Source: an uncultured Saprospiraceae bacterium
Lineage (GTDB): Bacteria; Bacteroidota; Bacteroidia; Chitinophagales; Saprospiraceae
Direction of reading: 5' to 3'
Assembly (NCBI GenBank): GCA_937928045.1
Contig: CALFWO010000005.1
Location: forward strand, 162,726-226,725
Length of the DNA: 64,000 nt
Below, piece by piece: positions 58,013 through 64,000 of the stretch. The notes beneath the pieces are model-generated. The model saw only the letters and a list, made by a program, of their open reading frames with translations, was not told the origin of the DNA and ran no database searches. Numbering within the stretch: the stretch's first letter is position 1; each line of letters starts with the position of its first letter. A program made the translations under genes and the position numbers.

Positions 58013-60163
58013 ATGGCACTCCCAATCAGAAAATTAGATTTACGATATTTTGAATTACCTCTGAGTTTTGGAATATTGATATTTATCTTATTGTTAGTCG
58101 GACTAGATGCTTCTTATGCTCAGAACACCCCGTCAGAAAATGAAATTAAAATTTATGGAACAAACTTTCAAACTTTTAAACATATTCCTAGAATCAAAAA
58201 CAGCAATCGTTCTGTTTGTAGTCATCAACCTAATCGTACAATTGATGGTACCTGTAATAATATTGTAAATACCAGTACTATGGTTTGGGGTGCTACAGAT
58301 ATTCCTTTGTTCCGTGAGATGCCTTCAGCTTACGGAGCTCCTGACTTTTATAATGATATGGCAGGGCAATGCAGATTGTCACCTAGAGTAATTTCAAACT
58401 TGGTTGTTGCTCAGGATGGTGATTTACCAAGCCCGAGAAATTTATCTTCCTTGGTATTTACTTGGGGACAATTCCTAGATCACGATATTGATCTTACACC
58501 AGAAGGTGAAACAGAATATGTACCAATTTTACTTTCTGCAAATGAACCACTTTTTACACAGCCAATTCCTTTTTTAAGATCTGAACCTTTTCCAAATTCG
58601 GGTGTGAACGGTCCAAGAGAGCAGGAAAATATAATTACTTCATGGATTGATGCTTCTCAAGTGTATGGTTCAGAAGAAACGAGGGCTATGTGGTTGAGAA
58701 CATTTACTGAAGGTAAGTTAAAAACTTCTGAAGGGAATCTACTGCCCTATAATACAGTTGATGGTAATCTCGATAGCGCAATCGATCCAAACGCTCCAAG
58801 TATGGCCGGTGACAGTGATGGCACAGTTAAAGTTTTTGTTGCTGGAGATGTTCGAGCGAATGAACAACCGGGACTAACATCTATGCATACTTTGTTTGTA
58901 AGAGAACACAATCGTCTTTGTGATCAGATTAACAATGAACCAGGTAGTAATTTTTCCGATGAGGAAGTATACCAGCAAGCTAGAAAACTTGTTGGAGCAT
59001 ATATGCAAAACATTACCTACGAACACTTTCTTCCTGCTTTAGGGGTTGAATTAGAAAATTATAATGGTTACAAACCTAATGTTCAACCTGATATCAGTAA
59101 TATATTCGCTTCTGCGGCTTATCGATTAGGTCATACAATGGTCACAGATGAAATTCCCTTGATTGCTGAAGATTGTGAATTAGTTGATGATGGTTTCATT
59201 GCTTTATTGGATGGATTTTTTAATCCTACGGTAGTACAAGAAAATGGGATTGAACCACTTATTCAGGGTTTGGCAAGTCAGATTCAACAGAAAGTGGATG
59301 CTAAGATTGTAGACAACTTAAGAAATTTTTTATTTCCAGTACCTGGATCTAATCAAACCTTTGGATTAGATCTGGCTTCTCTGAACCTTCAAAGGGGCAG
59401 AGATCACGGATTGCCGGATTATAATGCAGTACGAACTTTTTACGGCCAAGAATCCGCAAGTGGATTTGAGGATATAACCACTGATCTTGAGTTACAAACT
59501 GCGCTGTCAAAAGCCTATGGCTCAGTATATGATATGGACCTCTGGGTAGGCCTATTGTCAGAAGATCCAATGTCAGGAACTTCAATTGGTCCAACCTTAA
59601 ATGCAATTCTCTCCCAGCAATTTGAGATTTTGCGGAATGGTGATTATTATTTTTATCAAAATGACCCTGTGTTGAGTAATCAGGCTAAAGAGCAAATTAG
59701 ACGTACAGATCTCGCTGAAATCATAGAACGCAATACATCAATTTCAAGAATTCAAAATAATGTGTTTTTTGCAAGAGATTGTGGTGATTCACCCGGAGGT
59801 GGCAATGGACCCGGAGGGCCAGGTCGACCTAATCGTCCTAGAAATGATGGTGGAGTAAATCAAATAAACATTAATTCGAGTGTTGACAACAACTTCAATA
59901 CTTCAACTTTAAATTTATACCCAAATCCGAATCAAGGTCTTTTTGAGATTAATTTCCTAAAGGAAGAGCTTACTCAAAATGTTCGAATGAATATTGTTGA
60001 TATCAATGGTCGAATAGTGTACAACGACGAGTTAAATACAACTGAAAAAAGTATAAATTTTAAACTTGATATGAGTCATCTATCTCCAGGATTGTACATC
60101 GTAAAAATAAGTTCAGGAGATGCTGTTTATACCCAAAGAATGATGATTAATAAAAAGGAATAG
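58013..60163 (+). CDS. animal-type heme peroxidase (peroxidase-cyclooxygenase superfamily) with T9SS type-A C-terminal sorting domain
   Basis: Signal peptide. Distal-His/Ca motif region (TWGQFLDHDIDLTP). Proximal region (MHTLFVREHNRLC). …LPDYNAVR…, Gly/Pro-rich linker. C-terminal LNLYPNPNQGLFEINF…PGLYIVKI tail. Confidence 0.8.
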   Translation: MALPIRKLDLRYFELPLSFGILIFILLLVGLDASYAQNTPSENEIKIYGTNFQTFKHIPRIKNSNRSVCSHQPNRTIDGTCNNIVNTSTMVWGATDIPLFREMPSAYGAPDFYNDMAGQCRLSPRVISNLVVAQDGDLPSPRNLSSLVFTWGQFLDHDIDLTPEGETEYVPILLSANEPLFTQPIPFLRSEPFPNSGVNGPREQENIITSWIDASQVYGSEETRAMWLRTFTEGKLKTSEGNLLPYNTVDGNLDSAIDPNAPSMAGDSDGTVKVFVAGDVRANEQPGLTSMHTLFVREHNRLCDQINNEPGSNFSDEEVYQQARKLVGAYMQNITYEHFLPALGVELENYNGYKPNVQPDISNIFASAAYRLGHTMVTDEIPLIAEDCELVDDGFIALLDGFFNPTVVQENGIEPLIQGLASQIQQKVDAKIVDNLRNFLFPVPGSNQTFGLDLASLNLQRGRDHGLPDYNAVRTFYGQESASGFEDITTDLELQTALSKAYGSVYDMDLWVGLLSEDPMSGTSIGPTLNAILSQQFEILRNGDYYFYQNDPVLSNQAKEQIRRTDLAEIIERNTSISRIQNNVFFARDCGDSPGGGNGPGGPGRPNRPRNDGGVNQININSSVDNNFNTSTLNLYPNPNQGLFEINFLKEELTQNVRMNIVDINGRIVYNDELNTTEKSINFKLDMSHLSPGLYIVKISSGDAVYTQRMMINKKE

Positions 60164-60183
60164 AACATCAAGCGTATGATATT

Positions 60184-60231
60184 AAAAGTCGTCACTTAAT
60201 TCTTAAGTGGCGACCTTTAATATCATTTTTT
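60184..60231 (+). terminator. rho-independent terminator of the heme peroxidase gene
   Basis: GTCGTCACTTAA-ttc-TTAAGTGGCGAC forms a 12-bp stem with one G·U, followed by a T-run. Confidence 0.55.
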
Positions 60232-61029
60232 AATAAAAATAGGTATGTAAGAATGAAAGGAAAGCAAGAAAGGTTTTTTACCACATTTCGATTGCTCTTT
60301 AGATTAATTAGATAAGTGTAATCAAAGATTGATTTTTGAAAACAATGTGTTTGATTCTGCGGATTGTCATATGTTAGTCAGTTTGTTGGAATCTTTACAG
60401 ATATTTGGTTTGAAGAAATTTGCAATCAAGGAAGTATTCGCAATAAACTTCGGGATAAGAGCATTTTCAAAATGTATTTTGCAAAGACTTTCAATCATGA
60501 ATATTTAGACAAATTTGCTAAGCCTATTCGTTTATATTTTCCTGAAATAAAATAAATAGATACGTGCAGTAATTTCTTTTGATGTAATATCTTTTTTTGA
60601 TATGCGAAAATTACTGTCTTTTAAATATAACTCTCTTTCCAACTATCCATTATTTATTCCTACCTTTGCTTTTAATGAAAGAACTAATACATCAGCAAGC
60701 AGGAGACTTTATTTTTTGGAAAATGGAAGATAACTACAGTATCATTCTACTAGCTGGTATCAATCGTAAGAAAGAAAAGGAATTTAAGCTTAATGAAACC
60801 GAGAAGAAGCATTACCTAGATCGTGGTATGGCTTACATTCGTGAGTTGGTAAAAAAGAAAGGATAAATAATGTTATTTGTGTCTGAAAAGTCATTTGCTA
60901 ACAAATTTTGTTATTCCTGTTATATAATGTCATTGCAATAGACTTAAGAATTTTCTCCATTAAAATTGCATCAGTCGTTTAAGCGATAAACTGAGAACCT
61001 AAAAAAGTTCAGTTGTTGTTCATTCCGGT

Positions 61030-63753
61030 TTACATTGTAAGGCCAGTTTCTTTCTTATTTCTACCCAACCTGTACTTTATACCCGCCAAAAAGTAGCGTG
61101 TCAAGGTATTGAAACGCTGTTCAAATACTCCATTTAGGCCACCAGATCTTGAAAGGCCAACATTTTGCTTGAGGATATCATAGGCCTCAAGGCTAATTTG
61201 CCACTTATTTTCTTTAAAACTCTTAGTCAAGCTAGCATTCCAGAGGTTGTATTGGATGCCTTCCGAAAATATTTCATTGGAGTAATTATGAAAGTCATAT
61301 GAACTGGATAAGGTCCAATCTTTAGTGATAAACCAATCGGCCTCTATGAATAACTTATAGTTAAGAAATTGTTGGTTAAAATTAGATTCTAGAGCATAGG
61401 CCCTCGTATTGTAATTGAACTGAGTACCAACAGCGATATCCAGTTTTTCTTTTTTGCGGTTCTCCAATACAAAACTTAAGCCCATGGATTGCTCCTCAAC
61501 AGGACTTTTCTGTTCGTTCAGAAATCCTTCGTAAGTGGAATAGCTATAGTTGACATTTGCTCTAAATTTTATCTTAAGTGGACGAATTGGAGCATTGAAT
61601 GTGAGCCTTCCTATTAGACGTAAGTGCTGATCTAAGTTAATTGGTGAAAATGTTTTTAGAAAATTTTCATCAATAGTCACTTGATCGTTAACCCAATTGT
61701 TTGTTAATTCTGCAATTGAGTAAGCGAATAGATTTGTGAAATTGAATTGATCGATGATGCTAAATCTTGCTTGAATTTGATGTTTGTATGCTGGTTCCAA
61801 ATTCGGATTCCCTTTAAAAAGAATATTGGGATTACTATTGTCTGGCAACGGAGCAAGCTGATTTAAACTTGGTAAGTCAATCTGAGTCGTGTAGTTAAAA
61901 CTAAGCTTTGAAATTTTTGTCAATGTATGTTCAATTGACAGCGATGGCAAAATGTAAAAATTTTGATTTAAGATAGATTCTTCTAAACTTGAAATAGCTC
62001 CTTTAATTTTTGCCCATTGCGAAGTAATTCCGGCGTTAAGTTTTATTTTTTTTGTATTTCTTCTGATTGATAATTGTGCTTTTTGAATTGTATTCGTTTT
62101 TGTAAATTGATTCGAAAAGTCTTCATTAAAAATTTGCGAGGAATTGATAACATCATAGAATTTCTGAATCGGAAGTTCTTCTTCGTTTTCAAAATTATAC
62201 GAACCAGATAAATAGGAATATTTACCCAATGGCTCCGTGTAGACAGAGCGAAGTTCTACTTTGTTATTGGTAAATCGAAAATCTTGAAGTTGTGTGATCA
62301 CAGTTCTAGGAGTAGTTAATTCTAATAAGTTATTCAACTCCCTATCTTCTGTTAGACTTCCCAACTGGTAGTTTATTCTGTTAATCCAATTTCTACCTTT
62401 CTTTTGGAATTTTTTTCGCAACTGGATATTGCCATCGATTCCCAATTGATCATTATTTTGCATGGTCAATCTTTGGGTTAAGCCTGTAGCGAGTTCGTTG
62501 GTAAAAAATTGAGTGGTATCCTTGTGAACTTCGTTGTTATCAGCAATACTCAAATTATTTGTCCACTTCCACTGAATGAATGGAGAAGGTTTAAAATCTA
62601 ATTTTACCTGAACACGATGTTGTTGATTGCTTTGAGTTAAGTTGGATGAAGAGTTTGTTGAAAAATTTTCACTACCTGTGAATTCTTTGCTAAAGGTATT
62701 TTCTTGAATAGATTGATCGTTGTTTAATAGAAAGTAATGGCTACGTATTATAAACTTTGAAGAAAAATCATAGTTGAAATTAATTCCTGTTGAAATGTTT
62801 TCAGTCAAACCTCTAGGAGCGGAACCTTGCCCAAATTCTCCAAAATTTATTAAGCCATTGTTGCCAGCAATCGCATTTCCAATGCCACCCATTAATTGAA
62901 TGTACTCGTTGAACGAAAAAGCTTGCTTGTTGATATTATTCGCGTTGGCGATAATTGCAGCTTGCATCTTCGGATTGAATCGATTGTAATTTAATTTTCC
63001 ATTGAATCGCTCCTCGGTCCCTGCTTGTAACTCTAAAGCACCAAACCCTCCTTTCTTGTATTCTTCCTTTAGCTTTAGGTTAATTGTTTTTTCATCTGCT
63101 CCATCATCAATTCCAGTGAATTCGGCGATCTCAGATTTTTTGTCAAATACTTGCACCTTGTCTACAGCTTCGGCTTCAAGATTTTGAGTGGCAATCTTGG
63201 CATCTGATCCAAAAAATTCTTTTCCATCTACCAATACATTTTCAACATCCTCTCCCATCGCTTTGATAGTTCCGTCTCGAGTAACTTCGACTCCTGGTAA
63301 TTTTTTAAGCAAATCTTCAACAGTGGCGCCTGGCCTTGTTTTGAAAGCAGAAGCGTTGTAGTTAATAGTATCTCCGTCAATTCCCATGGGTATGTGCTCC
63401 GCCTTAACTTCCACAATTTGCAAGACTTCTTCCTCAGATTCCAATTTAAATATTCCCAAGTCTTGTACTTTGTTTTCTGCATTGACTGTTATCGCTAATT
63501 CTTGATTTGAAAAAGAAACAAAACTCAATTGAAGCACATAACTTCCCTCGACTATATCTTCCAATTTGAATTTTCCGTTGTGATCCGAAATGGCAAATGC
63601 GACCATGGAGGAATCTTGAATTTCTAACAAGACGACGGTAGTACCTTGTAAATTTTCTCCGTCGGTATCTTGAATTATTCCGTGGAGCACTCCTTGAGCC
63701 AAAGTGGTTCCAGCGGTAAGTATGAATAATAGAGAGATCAATACAGTTTTCAT
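61030..63753 (-). CDS. TonB-dependent receptor / outer-membrane beta-barrel family protein (CarboxypepD_reg-like + plug)
   Basis: Signal peptide. N-terminal VLHGIIQDTDGENLQGTTVVLLE…DHNGKFKLEDIVEGSYVLQLSFVSF. Plug region (DGDTINYNASAFKTRPGATVEDLLKKLPGVEV…). 907 aa. Confidence 0.75.
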   Translation of the reverse strand: MKTVLISLLFILTAGTTLAQGVLHGIIQDTDGENLQGTTVVLLEIQDSSMVAFAISDHNGKFKLEDIVEGSYVLQLSFVSFSNQELAITVNAENKVQDLGIFKLESEEEVLQIVEVKAEHIPMGIDGDTINYNASAFKTRPGATVEDLLKKLPGVEVTRDGTIKAMGEDVENVLVDGKEFFGSDAKIATQNLEAEAVDKVQVFDKKSEIAEFTGIDDGADEKTINLKLKEEYKKGGFGALELQAGTEERFNGKLNYNRFNPKMQAAIIANANNINKQAFSFNEYIQLMGGIGNAIAGNNGLINFGEFGQGSAPRGLTENISTGINFNYDFSSKFIIRSHYFLLNNDQSIQENTFSKEFTGSENFSTNSSSNLTQSNQQHRVQVKLDFKPSPFIQWKWTNNLSIADNNEVHKDTTQFFTNELATGLTQRLTMQNNDQLGIDGNIQLRKKFQKKGRNWINRINYQLGSLTEDRELNNLLELTTPRTVITQLQDFRFTNNKVELRSVYTEPLGKYSYLSGSYNFENEEELPIQKFYDVINSSQIFNEDFSNQFTKTNTIQKAQLSIRRNTKKIKLNAGITSQWAKIKGAISSLEESILNQNFYILPSLSIEHTLTKISKLSFNYTTQIDLPSLNQLAPLPDNSNPNILFKGNPNLEPAYKHQIQARFSIIDQFNFTNLFAYSIAELTNNWVNDQVTIDENFLKTFSPINLDQHLRLIGRLTFNAPIRPLKIKFRANVNYSYSTYEGFLNEQKSPVEEQSMGLSFVLENRKKEKLDIAVGTQFNYNTRAYALESNFNQQFLNYKLFIEADWFITKDWTLSSSYDFHNYSNEIFSEGIQYNLWNASLTKSFKENKWQISLEAYDILKQNVGLSRSGGLNGVFEQRFNTLTRYFLAGIKYRLGRNKKETGLTM

Positions 63754-63780
63754 GAAGTGAGCATTTATAGGGAAAATATT

Positions 63781-64000
63781 TTAACCTCGAATTATTATAG
63801 TTTCATCACCGCCTAGTTCTCTTTGCAGTTCTTTTGTTTTTTCTTCAACTATTTGATCATATTCTTCTGCAGTTACTTTCTTGCCTTTTTTTGGAAGCTC
63901 AAATATTTCATCGTCAAGAGATTTTAGGTTAACGGCAGTCGCTTTGATTTCTTTTTTACCATCGTTTTTGGAAATCATAAGAATAGCACCAGGTAATTGA
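63781..64000 (-). CDS. hypothetical protein, probably 3' part of a CDS continuing beyond the window edge
   Basis: The reading frame is open upstream of the listed Met through position 64000. Lys/Glu-rich sequence with no recognisable domain. Confidence 0.3.
   Translation of the reverse strand, partial: QLPGAILMISKNDGKKEIKATAVNLKSLDDEIFELPKKGKKVTAEEYDQIVEEKTKELQRELGGDETIIIRG

Overview
This window looks like Bacteroidetes chromosomal DNA. The evidence is low GC, no Shine-Dalgarno reliance, and many proteins ending in T9SS C-terminal sorting domains. It mixes housekeeping genes with a dense accessory complement. Housekeeping genes: pth, a bifunctional DAHP synthase/chorismate mutase, tsaB, ferritin, tag, a Gfo/Idh/MocA oxidoreductase, and a 4-tRNA cluster. 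Accessory content: six predicted T9SS cargo proteins, three TonB-dependent outer-membrane receptors, and an ECF-sigma/FecR/STN-TonB-transducer cell-surface signalling module. The six cargo proteins are a reprolysin-like metalloprotease, a 1946-aa TSP3/P-domain protein, a 2818-aa HYR-repeat SprB-like adhesin followed by a PorP/SprF partner, two further cargo proteins, and a secreted animal-type heme peroxidase. The ECF module sits divergently from a di-heme cytochrome-c peroxidase plus the T9SS-targeted heme peroxidase. The most unusual sequence-level feature is a roughly 140-bp block of scrambled tRNA-like modules on the minus strand at 32895-33035. A tRNA-like gene with a Leu-type UAG anticodon but class-I architecture sits inside the plus-strand tRNA cluster. 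Other items are tandem paralog pairs (ArsR regulators, small membrane proteins, outer-membrane proteins), 28-bp direct repeats with terminators in a 1-kb non-coding gap, and several internally repeated proteins. No CRISPR array, IS element or recognisable defence-nuclease module was found. All calls come from reading the sequence and ORF translations without tools, and the confidences reflect that.
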